DNA of 44,192 nt from Vulcanimicrobiota bacterium (GCA_003135555.1 PLCF01000022.1:1-44192); one strand, 5' to 3'. Shown: positions 8,775 to 18,693, numbered from the stretch's first letter. Notes: generated by a model from the letters alone, not told the origin. Numbers and translations are program-made.

Positions 8775-9058
8775 CAGCGCGACGGCGGACGCGTCGGCGT
8801 GCCGCCGCCGGTCTGCGCGCCGGGGAGGGCGGTCGATCCGCCGCGTGCCGGGCCCGTGCCGGACTGCGGTACGGTGAAGGTTCCCGGCGGCTCGGTCGCG
8901 ATCGGCGCCGGCGTCGCTACGACCCCGGCGTTCCTTTGCGTTCCTCCGCTCGGCCCGAATGCTGCGCCCGTCGTGCTAAAGCCGATTCGCAGCAGATAGG
9001 CCAGTACGCCGAGCAAGACGACGGCGAAGACGACAAAGATCGGAACCGCGATGCGCAT
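8774..9058 (-). CDS. Small single-pass membrane protein with Pro/Gly/Thr-rich tail
   Basis: N-terminal hydrophobic helix; TGATG coupling to pheA. Confidence 0.5.
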   Translation of the reverse strand: MRIAVPIFVVFAVVLLGVLAYLLRIGFSTTGAAFGPSGGTQRNAGVVATPAPIATEPPGTFTVPQSGTGPARGGSTALPGAQTGGGTPTRPPSR

Positions 9059-9096
9059 TGGCAAGCCCACGCCGCGCACTTGGCGAAAGAGACGCC

Positions 9097-9624
9097 ATGC
9101 TCCCCGGTCTCCCCGACGTCGCCGAGCTGCAATTGCTCTTTGCGCAGTACAACTGGATGTATTTCCGCGGCGAGATCCCGGCCTATCGGATCGCATACAA
9201 CGCGCGGTTTTCCAACCACGCCGGGCGTGTGAGCTACAAGCCGCCGCTGATCGAACTCTCGTCCAAGCACCTCGCCGGGAAACAGGCCGAGCTGCGCGAG
9301 ACGCTGCTGCACGAGATGATCCATGCCTGGCTGCACGCGCGCGGCGAGAACCCCGGCCACACCCCGGCGTTCAAGAAGAAGATGCGCGAGCTCGGCTTGA
9401 CCTCGATCTATCACGACCTTGGGACGGCCAAGCCGCTCAACGAGTCCCCCAAGCGCTACATCCTGCGGTGCGAGAAGTGCACGATGGAGCTGCTGCGCAA
9501 ACGGAAGCCCGCACCGAACCTGGTCTGCGCGCGCTGCCGCAAGCCGCTTACCGTCTTCGAGGTCGTCGAAATCCGCCCGATCGAGCTCGGCCGCGCGGCG
9601 TCGAGGACCCCGCCCGCCCGGTGA
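9097..9624 (+). CDS. SprT-like zinc metalloprotease with C-terminal zinc ribbon
   Basis: TLLHEMIH...GHTPAFK, CEKC and CARC. Confidence 0.85.
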   Translation: MLPGLPDVAELQLLFAQYNWMYFRGEIPAYRIAYNARFSNHAGRVSYKPPLIELSSKHLAGKQAELRETLLHEMIHAWLHARGENPGHTPAFKKKMRELGLTSIYHDLGTAKPLNESPKRYILRCEKCTMELLRKRKPAPNLVCARCRKPLTVFEVVEIRPIELGRAASRTPPAR

Positions 9625-9653
9625 ACCGCGAGCGGCCTGACCGGCCCCAAACG

Positions 9654-10098
9654 CTACGAGTGACCGACGCATAGCGATCGGATCGTCAGCTCGGCTGCGG
9701 GGTTCGCGCGCTTGCCGTATGGACGTGCATACATCGCCATTACGCGCGCGCCATTCCAGCTCGTGTCGACACCGTCCATCTGTACGTCCTCGCCGTTGAA
9801 TTCGCCGCGCCGTTGCATCAGCGTTGCCGGGTGATCGCCGCAGATGCGGATCGGGGTCCGGCGCTCCGTCACGGGATGGGTTGTCGGAAGCGGCTCACCC
9901 GGGTGTGCGATCAGGATGAACTCGCCGGCATCGGCCGGATTCCCGATCTTTTGCGTTCCGAAGACTTGCGGCGACGGTCCAGCCCGGCGGTGCCACGATG
10001 TTTTCGTTGAAGCCGCACGCAGCCGTCGCCGTGACCAGGAGGATGCACGCGAAACGCGCCCCCGCTTTGTGCCTATTCGTGCGACGCGATCGATGCAC
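9654..10098 (-). pseudogene. Frameshifted lipoprotein gene (or sequencing indel)
   Basis: Lipobox-bearing N-terminus (ILLVTATAAC-GFNENIVAPPGWT) in one frame continues in the +1 frame near 9975 as SPQVFGTQ...RICGDHPATL...ELTIRSLC. Confidence 0.5.
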
Positions 10099-11177
10099 TA
10101 GGCGCCGCGTGGCAGCATGCGTTGGACTCGAACCGCCTCCGCAAGAGCGAACAGCGACCGCGCCCGCCGCGCCGGTTCGGAATCTGAGCCGGCGCCGCCG
10201 TGGGGTTCGAACGTCCCGGGTGCGACGTTCCAGTCCCGGACCAACCGTGCGTTGGAGGCGGCGAAGCGTTGCGCGATGCGCGCGCGCTCGGACGGCCCCA
10301 GCGGCGCGAACGGCTGACTCGCGGCGTCCTCATCGCGCGCGACGAGTTCACGACCGAGGGCGGACAGCATGGAACCCACCTCCAAGGCCTCCGTGTTCAT
10401 GAACAAACTGGTGATGACCCGGCCCGTCGTCAAGCGCCGGTTGTCATACGTGGCACCTTCCGCCACCAGGCCCGAGGGTAGGCGTCCCGCCATTTCGACG
10501 GCGTCCAGAAAGTCGTGCACGAGAGAATCGGCGCGCCCCGCATCGCGGTATCCGCGCACGGCCACCGCGTCGCTGCCGAAGGCTTGCGCGAACGGTTCGA
10601 CTAGGTCTACGTAGTCGAACCTCGACACCCGCCTCGCCCGCAACTCGGAGCGGGGCCGGATTATCGCACCCTCCCGAATGACGTCGTCGAGGTAGCGGCT
10701 GAACGGGAGCGTTTCGTCGTGCTTGACGGATTCGGCATACAAGGATTCCGCGTACTCGTCCTGGGCGCGGACGTACACGATGATTCGCGGACGGTACCCG
10801 ATCGCCGCGATCGCGTCGCGCAGCGCGACCAGCGCGCCCTGGCTCTCGTGCAGGTATCCGAATTGCTCGGAGCTCAGGCACGCCCGCATCGGGGCGACCG
10901 TTGCGATCTCGGCGATCACGTCGTGGAGCGTCCCGGCCGCGGCGTCGAAGCGCGGATCGTCGGTGAGCTCGAAGGCGACGTTGTGATGGCCCGGAGTGGA
11001 GTGAGTCCAGCGGCCCCGGCGCGGATAGTAGATCCCCGCGCCGGTGAGCCACTCGTCGTTGGCGGCGAAAAAGCGTTGGATCGCGGTGGTGCCGGTCTTG
11101 TGGGTACCCACGTGCACGAAGCACGTGCGCTCACCCGTACGGTCGTTAGAGTGCCGCGCTGTAATAGGCGTAGCCAT
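10098..11177 (-). CDS. Sulfotransferase-like P-loop protein
   Basis: HVGTHKTGTTAIQ (5'-PSB-like), LSSEQF, IIVYVRAQDEYAESLY; start codon uncertain. Confidence 0.7.
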   Translation of the reverse strand: MATPITARHSNDRTGERTCFVHVGTHKTGTTAIQRFFAANDEWLTGAGIYYPRRGRWTHSTPGHHNVAFELTDDPRFDAAAGTLHDVIAEIATVAPMRACLSSEQFGYLHESQGALVALRDAIAAIGYRPRIIVYVRAQDEYAESLYAESVKHDETLPFSRYLDDVIREGAIIRPRSELRARRVSRFDYVDLVEPFAQAFGSDAVAVRGYRDAGRADSLVHDFLDAVEMAGRLPSGLVAEGATYDNRRLTTGRVITSLFMNTEALEVGSMLSALGRELVARDEDAASQPFAPLGPSERARIAQRFAASNARLVRDWNVAPGTFEPHGGAGSDSEPARRARSLFALAEAVRVQRMLPRGA

Positions 11178-11811
11178 TTTCCTGGAGCACGACGAGCGCG
11201 CTGATCCCGGCCGGAACGATCTTGGTGCCCGCGAGCGCATGCGTGCGCAGGCGTGCCTGCATCGCGAAGACGTCGGCACCTTCGCCGAATCCCGCCGCGA
11301 CGATGCGGTTGGCGACCTCGCCCAGCGCCGTGTTGCAGAGTACGAGATGGACGCCGCGCGCGGCCAGCGCGGGCATCGAGCGGTCCGCGCTGGGCGGCAG
11401 CGTCGTCGACGCGTGCGCCCACGGATTCCCCTGTGACCCGTCGGCGCTGGTGAACTCGCTGGTGAAGCGCTTGAGCAGCTCGCTGAAGTGATAGCTCTTC
11501 CACGCCGCGTCGTCGAGCCCGATCATGACCGCCGACCCGGCCAAGACGACGGCGAGTTGCACGTTGGAGGCCGGTTCCTTCCAGCCGGTGGTGAAACCGT
11601 TGAGCGAGTTGACCGCGAACTGCAGGCAGGCTGCGTCGTTCACCCGCACCGATCCGATCGCTTGGCGATGCTTGGCGTTCGTCTTGATCGAGGCGGCGAA
11701 GGCTGCCTCGTCGAGGAGCGTACCCTCAGCGGCTGCCGCAACCGCCGGCGCCGCGCCCGCGGCAAGCGCGGTCAGCGCGCTCGCGGCCAGAAAATCGCTC
11801 CGAGTGCTCAT
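11146..11811 (-). CDS. Exported DsrE/DsrF-like protein with Tat-like signal
   Basis: STRSDFL plus Ala-rich leader; VHLVLCNTAL and VPAGISALVVLQENGYAY are typical of DsrE-fold proteins. Confidence 0.65.
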   Translation of the reverse strand: MSTRSDFLAASALTALAAGAAPAVAAAAEGTLLDEAAFAASIKTNAKHRQAIGSVRVNDAACLQFAVNSLNGFTTGWKEPASNVQLAVVLAGSAVMIGLDDAAWKSYHFSELLKRFTSEFTSADGSQGNPWAHASTTLPPSADRSMPALAARGVHLVLCNTALGEVANRIVAAGFGEGADVFAMQARLRTHALAGTKIVPAGISALVVLQENGYAYYSAAL

Positions 11812-11823
11812 CCCAGCACCATA

Positions 11824-12588
11824 CTAGAGGAAATGCCGCAGTGCAAGCGCGCACGCGGCAGCGATGAATGCGACCGCGAGCAGCGTGATCAGCCGCGGCG
11901 ACGAGATCCGGCGCGCGATGCGTGGGCCGATGCTGCCGCCGACGACGCCGCCGAGGATGAGCGGAACCGTCGCCGGCCAGTCGACGTCGCCGCCCAGTGC
12001 GTGGGTGAGCACGCCGATCGGAGCCGTCGCGGTGACGACGAAGGCCGTGGTCGCCGTCACGACGTGCGGCGGCATGCGCGCCGCCACGAGCAGCAGCGGG
12101 ATCGTGACGACGCCGCCGCCGATCCCGAACAGCGATGAGAAGAACCCGATCGCCACGCCGCAGACGACCCCGTACAGCGGTACATGCGCGAACGTGCGCT
12201 CGTGCAGCTCGCGCGACTCGGTCGACCGGCGCAGGATCACCAGCACGGCGAGCCCGACGAGCACGCAGCCGTACGCAATGTCGAATGCCTGCGGGCTGAA
12301 CCGCCGCACCGCGAGCGCGCCGGCGATGCTGCCCGGCACGGCACCGAGCGCGAACGGAAAGGCCAAGCGCAAGTCGACGCGGCCGTCGCGCATATAGCCG
12401 ACGGTCGCGGTCGCGGTATTCGCCAACACCATGACCAGCGAGGTCCCGGCGGCGACCGCCGGCGAGACGCCGAACGCGATGCGCAGCACCGGGATGATCA
12501 CGAACCCGCCGCCCATCCCGACCAGCGACCCGAACATACTCGCGCCGACGCCGACGACGAAGAGCGCCAGGGCGCTGAGCGGCGTCAC
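11824..12588 (-). CDS. TauE/SafE (TSUP) sulfite exporter family permease
   Basis: Duplicated GSLVGMGGG / SSLFGIGGG motifs, about 8 TM helices. Confidence 0.9.
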   Translation of the reverse strand: MTPLSALALFVVGVGASMFGSLVGMGGGFVIIPVLRIAFGVSPAVAAGTSLVMVLANTATATVGYMRDGRVDLRLAFPFALGAVPGSIAGALAVRRFSPQAFDIAYGCVLVGLAVLVILRRSTESRELHERTFAHVPLYGVVCGVAIGFFSSLFGIGGGVVTIPLLLVAARMPPHVVTATTAFVVTATAPIGVLTHALGGDVDWPATVPLILGGVVGGSIGPRIARRISSPRLITLLAVAFIAAACALALRHFL

Positions 12589-13277
12589 CGCCCGCTATCG
12601 GAGCCGGTCGGATCGCTGCCCTCGGACGCCGCTCGCCCGAACGGGCTGAAGCCGTGCAAGAACTGATCGATCGCGGGATTGTTCACGCTCGCGTTCGCGA
12701 CGATCGCGGAGTCGAACGCCCGCCCGCCGATGCGGCGGACGTTGAGCGTCTGCCCGCTCTCGACGCGAACCGTGTCGGGGCCGGCGTTCGCCGTGACGTC
12801 GCCGGGCGCACAGTCGACGCAGTACAGTTGATCGCCGTTGGGGCCGCTCACCAGGTAGGCCAGCGTGCCGCGTACCGCGATCTGCGTCGTCGGCGTCTTG
12901 AACACGTAGTTCGACGCGGCGCCGGCGGGATGGTGGATCGTGAAGCGCAGAACGCCGTGCTGCAATGCGATGCCGTGCGCCGCGGCCGCGCCGCGGAACG
13001 CGTCGAGCCGGACGTCGGTCTTGTCGCCGATCTCGACGGTCGACGAATCCGGCAGCGTCAGACGCGCCGCGGCGCGAAATCCGGTGACGGCGCGGGCGTC
13101 CTCGGAGAGATCGATGCGTCCTGCCAACGGCCGCGTCGTGGCCGCCGAAGCCGGCACCGCATACCCAACCTCACCGCGCACGCGCGCGAGCTCGTTGGTC
13201 TGGTCGGCGGCGGATGCGCGCGCGCCGGCAAGGGCAGCCGCGCAGCCCAGGGCCAACCAGAGCCCGCTGCGCCGCAT
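12585..13277 (-). CDS. Exported FecR-domain protein
   Basis: Signal peptide; TG...AARLTLPDSSTVEIG.KT and FKTPTTQIAVRGT. Confidence 0.8.
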   Translation of the reverse strand: MRRSGLWLALGCAAALAGARASAADQTNELARVRGEVGYAVPASAATTRPLAGRIDLSEDARAVTGFRAAARLTLPDSSTVEIGDKTDVRLDAFRGAAAAHGIALQHGVLRFTIHHPAGAASNYVFKTPTTQIAVRGTLAYLVSGPNGDQLYCVDCAPGDVTANAGPDTVRVESGQTLNVRRIGGRAFDSAIVANASVNNPAIDQFLHGFSPFGRAASEGSDPTGSDSGR

Positions 13278-15370
13278 CAGTGCGCGTCCGCGACGGTGGG
13301 CGTCGGGAGGTTCGCGGGATCGAGCAGGCGCGAGGTGTTGACCTCACCCGGCTTCAGCAGCCCGACGACCTCGAAGTTACGCAGCGCGAGCACCTTGCCT
13401 TTGACGAATACCGGCGTCAGCTCGTTGACGATGAAGGCGTCTTTAACTTCCTCGTAGGTCGATTCGCTGATGATGATCTGCCCGCCCTTGGCGACGTTGT
13501 AGAGGCGCGAGGCGGTGTTCACGCTGTCGCCGATGACGGTGTAGTTGAGGCGGTCGCTCGAACCCAGGTTTCCCATCACGACTTCGCCCGTGTTCAGCCC
13601 CATTCCGACGGTGAAGACCTGCCGGTCCATGGCCGCCCACTCGGTCATCATCGCGAGGATCCGCTGTTGCTGGTCCCACGCGGAGCGGACGGCGCGGTCG
13701 GCGTCCCCAGGCAGGGGGTTGGGCGCCGAGAAGACCGCCATCACGCAGTCGCCGATGAACTTGTCGACGTAGCCGCCATAGGCGAACACGAGCTTGCACA
13801 TCTCCTCGAAATACTCGTTGAGCCGGCCATAGATCTCCTCAGCCGTCATCTTCTCCGACATCGCCGTGAACCCGCGAATGTCGGAGTAGAAGATCGTGAC
13901 CTTCACGCGTTTGCCGGAGAGGTCGAGCGCCTTGAGGGGATCGTCGTGCGCGAGCATCTGGTCGACGACCGCAGGGGACACGTGCTTGCCGAACATCTCT
14001 CGGATGACGCGCTTGTCCAAGCCTTCGGTGATGGTGCGGTAGAGCGCGACGAACAGCGCCGCCAGAATCATCGCCGCGTCAACGTGCAGCAGGTTCATCC
14101 AGTGCAGGGTGTAGCCGTACAGCGCGATGGCGGCGAGAGAGTAGAGCCCGACCGCCGCGGCCGCGATCGCGATCCCGGCGCTGGGCCGCAGCTGCGTCCC
14201 CGCGAAACCGACGAGCAACGGTAGCAGCACGATGAGCGCCAGATCGAGCCAGGGCGGTACGCGCGCGATGAAGTGATCGCGCAACAGCTGGTCTACGAAC
14301 CGCAGGTTGGCGAACACGCCGGGATAGCGCCCGTTGGGGGTGAGGAAGTAGTCACCCAGCGCTTGCGCGGTGGGGCCGACGACGACGACCTTGCCCGAGG
14401 CGAACGTGCGCATCGAGGCGGCGTCGAGCTTGAGCACGTCAACGAAAGAGATGCGCTGAAAAAAACTGGCCGAGTCGATCGCGGTTCCGGCGCGCGCGCT
14501 CGGGCCCCCGCTCGAGCCAGTGTTGCCGATGTCGAGATGCTCGTGAACTCTGAACGGCAGGAGCAGCAGCACGCCCTCGCCGTCGAGCGGAATCGTGCGA
14601 TCCCCGAACCGCGCATGCCAACGGTCGGTTCCCAAGAGCGGCCGGTGCAGAAATATCACGGCCGTCTCGGCGGCGAGCGACGGATACACGCTGAAGCGCC
14701 CTCGCCCGCCCGCTGCGATCATCGCGGTCACCCCGGGAGTGCAAGGCAGCGTGATGCCCGAGCAGTCATGGCCGATCACGGCGAGTGGCTGACCGGTGAG
14801 CCAACCGCCGGGATTGTCGACGGTCGTCGAGCCCAAGCCGGCTGCGACCGACGCCAACTGTTGCGGCGGTCGTTGCACCCCCAGCACCCCGCCGCTCGAC
14901 GTGGTGAGCTGCATGCCGAGGATCGTCCGTTGCAGCTTCATCCCGGCGCGGAATGCGGCGTCGTCGGCCGCGTCCGCCGACGGTTCGACGAAATCGATGT
15001 CGAACGTGACCAGCTTCGCGCCCGCGGCGTGCAAGCGCTCCAGCAGCTGGCCGTACACCGCGCGGTGCCAGGGAAACTGTCCGAGCCCCGGGTTACGCGG
15101 ATCGTTGGGCGGGTTCAGCGACGCCTCGTCGATCGCGACCAGGCGCAGTTGATCGTTCTCGTCGTCGCGGTCCGGAAAGCGAAACGCGCTCGCTACGGCG
15201 GCGTGGTCGTCGATCCAGCCTTTGGCCTCGTTGAGCAGCACGAAGTCCGCGATGCGATTCGCCGACGATGCGACGTTGACCGGAAGCAGGTACAGCGCGA
15301 TCCCCGCCAGCGCTGCGGCGGTCGACAGGGCCATCGCAACGCCCAGGATCCGCAGGCGCCTGATGCGCAC
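13277..15370 (-). CDS. CHASE2-domain class III adenylate/guanylate cyclase
   Basis: LVAIDEASL, FPWHR, FDIDF (CHASE2), 3 TM helices, then YSDIRGFT, KFIGDCVMA, GDSVNTASRL. Confidence 0.92.
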   Translation of the reverse strand: MRIRRLRILGVAMALSTAAALAGIALYLLPVNVASSANRIADFVLLNEAKGWIDDHAAVASAFRFPDRDDENDQLRLVAIDEASLNPPNDPRNPGLGQFPWHRAVYGQLLERLHAAGAKLVTFDIDFVEPSADAADDAAFRAGMKLQRTILGMQLTTSSGGVLGVQRPPQQLASVAAGLGSTTVDNPGGWLTGQPLAVIGHDCSGITLPCTPGVTAMIAAGGRGRFSVYPSLAAETAVIFLHRPLLGTDRWHARFGDRTIPLDGEGVLLLLPFRVHEHLDIGNTGSSGGPSARAGTAIDSASFFQRISFVDVLKLDAASMRTFASGKVVVVGPTAQALGDYFLTPNGRYPGVFANLRFVDQLLRDHFIARVPPWLDLALIVLLPLLVGFAGTQLRPSAGIAIAAAAVGLYSLAAIALYGYTLHWMNLLHVDAAMILAALFVALYRTITEGLDKRVIREMFGKHVSPAVVDQMLAHDDPLKALDLSGKRVKVTIFYSDIRGFTAMSEKMTAEEIYGRLNEYFEEMCKLVFAYGGYVDKFIGDCVMAVFSAPNPLPGDADRAVRSAWDQQQRILAMMTEWAAMDRQVFTVGMGLNTGEVVMGNLGSSDRLNYTVIGDSVNTASRLYNVAKGGQIIISESTYEEVKDAFIVNELTPVFVKGKVLALRNFEVVGLLKPGEVNTSRLLDPANLPTPTVADAH

Positions 15371-15374
15371 GAGA

Positions 15375-15938
15375 TCAGCTTTGGACGCGCCCGATGTAGC
15401 GCCGGTCGCGCGTGTCGATGCGAATCACGTCGCCCGGGTTCACGAACAGCGGAACGTTGACCGTCGCGCCGGTTTCGAGCTTGGCCGGTTTCGTCGCACC
15501 GGTCGCGGTGTCGCCTTTGAAGCCCGGATCGGTTTCTTCGACCTTGAGCTCGACGTGGGCCGGCAGGTCGGCGCCGATCGGCGTGCTTTCGTGGAACTGC
15601 ACCGCGATCTTCATCCCGTCTTTGAGAAAGTCGGCGGGATCGCCGATGACGTCGCGCTGCAGCGTGAAGTTCTCGTACGTCTCGCTGTCCATGAAGTGGT
15701 AGCCGTCGGCGTCGTTGTAGAGCATCTGCATGTCGCGGTTGTCGACGGTCGCGCGCTCGAGCTTCTCGCCGGCGCGGAACGTGCGTTCGACCGTCGAGCC
15801 GGTCTTCACGTTCTTGAGCCGCGTCCGCACGAAGGCCGCGCCCTTACCGGGTTTGACGTGCAGGAACTCGATGACGGTCCAGAGCTGCCCGTCGATGACG
15901 ATGGTGACGCCGTTTCGGAAATCGTTGGAGCTAATCAT
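15375..15938 (-). CDS. efp: Elongation factor P
   Basis: HVKPGKGAAFVR, PGFKGDTATG. Confidence 0.97.
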   Translation of the reverse strand: MISSNDFRNGVTIVIDGQLWTVIEFLHVKPGKGAAFVRTRLKNVKTGSTVERTFRAGEKLERATVDNRDMQMLYNDADGYHFMDSETYENFTLQRDVIGDPADFLKDGMKIAVQFHESTPIGADLPAHVELKVEETDPGFKGDTATGATKPAKLETGATVNVPLFVNPGDVIRIDTRDRRYIGRVQS

Positions 15939-16545
15939 GACTCGCCCGGGCCTTCAGCAATGAGAGACGGTTTTCCGTCCCGTGCCGCAGTCGGTCGATG
16001 TTGTCGCGGTGGCGGTAGACGATGAACAGCGCCGACACGGCGCCGCAGACCAGGCCGATCCTGCCCAGGCCGAACCACAGCACGGGCGCCATCGCGGCAC
16101 TGCCCAGCATCGAACCGACCGACGCGTAACCGCACGCCACCACGGCCGCTAACCAGACGAGCGCGAACGCGATTCCGGCGGGCCACCACAACGCGGTCAC
16201 CGCGCCGAGAAAGGTCGCAACCCCTTTCCCGCCCCGCAACCCCAAGAAGGGCGACATGCAGTGTCCCGCCACCGAGGCGAAGGCGGCCAGCGTTGCCGGC
16301 GCCGTACCGCCGAGCGCTCCCGCGGCGAGCGTCGGGGCAAACCCTTTGAGCGCGTCGAGCGCGAGCACCGCGAGCGCACCGCGTTTGCCCAGTGTGCGCA
16401 AGGCATTGGCGGCGCCGATGTTCCCGCTGCCTGAGCGGCGGATGTCGGTTCCGTAGAACGCTCGCGACACGAGGACGCCGAACGGGATGGCGCCGGCGAA
16501 GAACGCGACGATCACGGTCACGATCGAGAACCACGGCTCGCTCAT
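15931..16545 (-). CDS. plsY: Glycerol-3-phosphate acyltransferase PlsY
   Basis: GSGNIGAAN, DALKG, GGKGVAT and HRDNI motifs. Confidence 0.95.
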   Translation of the reverse strand: MSEPWFSIVTVIVAFFAGAIPFGVLVSRAFYGTDIRRSGSGNIGAANALRTLGKRGALAVLALDALKGFAPTLAAGALGGTAPATLAAFASVAGHCMSPFLGLRGGKGVATFLGAVTALWWPAGIAFALVWLAAVVACGYASVGSMLGSAAMAPVLWFGLGRIGLVCGAVSALFIVYRHRDNIDRLRHGTENRLSLLKARASHD

Positions 16546-17939
16546 CCTTGTCGCGCTCCGTGCGGGTCGCCGCGGTCGCCTTCATCGCGGCGCGAGCGAA
16601 ACTCGAAGGTGAGCGGGATCCCCTCGAAATCGAACTCGCTGCGCAGCGTGTTTTCGATGAAGCGCCGGTACGACGGCGGGACGAGGTCGGGGTCGTTGAC
16701 GTGGAACACGAACAGCGGCGGGTGCGTCTGCGGCTGCGAGCAGTAGAGCAGCTTGAGCGGCTTCCCGGAGTGGATCGGCGGCGGGTGCGCCAACACCGCA
16801 TCGCGCACGACGGCGTTGAGCTTCGCGGTCGGCACGCGCCGGTCGAGGTTCTCGGCGACCTTCTCGACGATCGGCATGAGGCTTTGCAGGCGCCGCTTGG
16901 TCAGTGCCGAGAGGAACGTTACGGGCGCGAAATCGGCGAAGGTGAGCTGCGCGTGGATCTCTTCGGTGAGGTCGCTCTGATTGTACTCGCCCAGCTCGCG
17001 CACGAGATCGTACTTGTTCCCGACGATGACGAGCCCTTTGCGTTCCTCGAGCGCGATCCCCGCGAGCCGGCGGTCCTGGTTGGTTGGGCCCTTGAGCGCG
17101 TCGATGAGCAGCACCGCGATGTCGCAGCGCGCGATCGCTTTGAGCGAGCGCAGCGACGAGTAGTACTCGATCTTGCCGTGTTGATTGGCTTTCTTGTAGA
17201 CGCCGGCGGTGTCGATGAGCCGGAAGGTGCGGCCCTTCCAGGTGAAGAGCGTATCGATCGCATCGCGCGTGGTGCCCGGAACGTCGGAGACGATCGTGCG
17301 CTCCTCGTTCAACAACGCGTTGAGGAGCGACGACTTGCCGACGTTGGGCTGCCCGATCAGCGCGATCGCCAGTTCGGGGTCTTCGAGCCGGGTCGGGTCT
17401 TCGGGCGGCAGTCGATCGACGATCGCGTCGAGCAGATCGCCGGTGCCCTCACCGTGCAGTGCGGAGACGCCGCACGGCTCGCCGAAGCCCAGCCCGCCGA
17501 ACTCGGCGTGCACCGACGCCGCGTGCTTGGGCGATTCGATCTTGTTCGCGACGAGGATAACCGGCCGCCGCGTGCGGCGCAGAATCTGCGCGACGTCTTG
17601 GTCGACCGGCGTCAGCCCGTCCTGGGCGTCGACGACGAGCACGATGACGTCGGCGTCGCGGGCCGCCGATTCGGCCTGTGCTTGAGTGCCCGCGGCGATC
17701 GCATCCTCGGGATCGACGTCGGTGTCGATCCCGCCGGTGTCGACGAGGGTGAAGGATCGGTTGCGCCATTCGGCCAGCGCGTAGAGGCGGTCGCGCGTGA
17801 CGCCGGGCGTGTCCTCGACGATCGCGAGCCGCTGGCCGAGCAGGCGGTTGAACAGCGCGCTTTTCCCCACGTTGGGGCGACCGACGACCGCGACGGTCGC
17901 CGGGCGCACGCGCAGGGAGGGTGCGAGGGCTTCGGACAT
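16542..17939 (-). CDS. der: Ribosome biogenesis GTPase Der (EngA)
   Basis: Two tandem G domains (GRPNVGKS, GQPNVGKS) plus KH-like C-terminus; start 17939 or 17909. Confidence 0.97.
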   Translation of the reverse strand: MSEALAPSLRVRPATVAVVGRPNVGKSALFNRLLGQRLAIVEDTPGVTRDRLYALAEWRNRSFTLVDTGGIDTDVDPEDAIAAGTQAQAESAARDADVIVLVVDAQDGLTPVDQDVAQILRRTRRPVILVANKIESPKHAASVHAEFGGLGFGEPCGVSALHGEGTGDLLDAIVDRLPPEDPTRLEDPELAIALIGQPNVGKSSLLNALLNEERTIVSDVPGTTRDAIDTLFTWKGRTFRLIDTAGVYKKANQHGKIEYYSSLRSLKAIARCDIAVLLIDALKGPTNQDRRLAGIALEERKGLVIVGNKYDLVRELGEYNQSDLTEEIHAQLTFADFAPVTFLSALTKRRLQSLMPIVEKVAENLDRRVPTAKLNAVVRDAVLAHPPPIHSGKPLKLLYCSQPQTHPPLFVFHVNDPDLVPPSYRRFIENTLRSEFDFEGIPLTFEFRSRRDEGDRGDPHGARQG

Positions 17940-17961
17940 GACCGACCAAGGTTCCCTTGAT

Positions 17962-18693
17962 ATGCTCGGGCGCCTCGCGGCGGTCGCGGCGTGCGTGCTC
18001 CTCCTGGCCGCCGTACCGACCGGTTCCCTGTACGTGACGACGTTGCCCAGCGCAGCGGATGTCTGGGTCGACGGCACCTACGTCGGGCGCACCCCGCTCG
18101 TGGTCGGTGGGCTGGCCCCCGGCCGCCACGCCGTCGGACTGACCAAGAGCGGCTGGACCCCGCTGCAGCTCGACGTCAGCATCGAGGCCGACCAGGCGAC
18201 GTTGAGCTCCACCCGGCTCGAGGCGACCAAGGTGCACCTCCGCGCGGCGCCGGGTTCGATTGCGATCCACGGAACGCCGGGCGCTCGGGCGTATCTCGAC
18301 GGGGTCCCGGCGGTGCCTGCGAAGGACGGGACGATCCCCGCTTCGGCCGGGACGCACGAGCTTGCGTTCCGCACGGCGCGCGGCCGCATCGCGCGCTCGG
18401 TGACGGTCTGGCCGCAAACCCGAACCGACGTCGTGTTCCAGCCCGAGGTGGAAGTGCCGCGCCCCAGCGTCGTCGCCCCGGCCGAAGACTACGTGCCGCG
18501 CAGCGCGATCAATCTCCAGGGCGACAAGGTCGTACTGCGCTACGGCGGGCATCTGGTGGTCGGACGTATCGGGATCACGACCTATCGCGTCGACGGCAAG
18601 GCCGTCGACTACGGCGAAGCGCCCACGCTGATCGGCCGGCGCCTCTACCTCCCCCTCGACCTCCTCACCACGCTCTTTTCGGAAGCCCACTGA
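17962..18693 (+). CDS. Exported PEGA-domain protein with copper amine oxidase N-terminal-like tail
   Basis: GSLYVTTLPSAADVWVDGTYVGRTP (PEGA); APTLIGRRLYLPL at the C-terminus. Confidence 0.75.
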   Translation: MLGRLAAVAACVLLLAAVPTGSLYVTTLPSAADVWVDGTYVGRTPLVVGGLAPGRHAVGLTKSGWTPLQLDVSIEADQATLSSTRLEATKVHLRAAPGSIAIHGTPGARAYLDGVPAVPAKDGTIPASAGTHELAFRTARGRIARSVTVWPQTRTDVVFQPEVEVPRPSVVAPAEDYVPRSAINLQGDKVVLRYGGHLVVGRIGITTYRVDGKAVDYGEAPTLIGRRLYLPLDLLTTLFSEAH

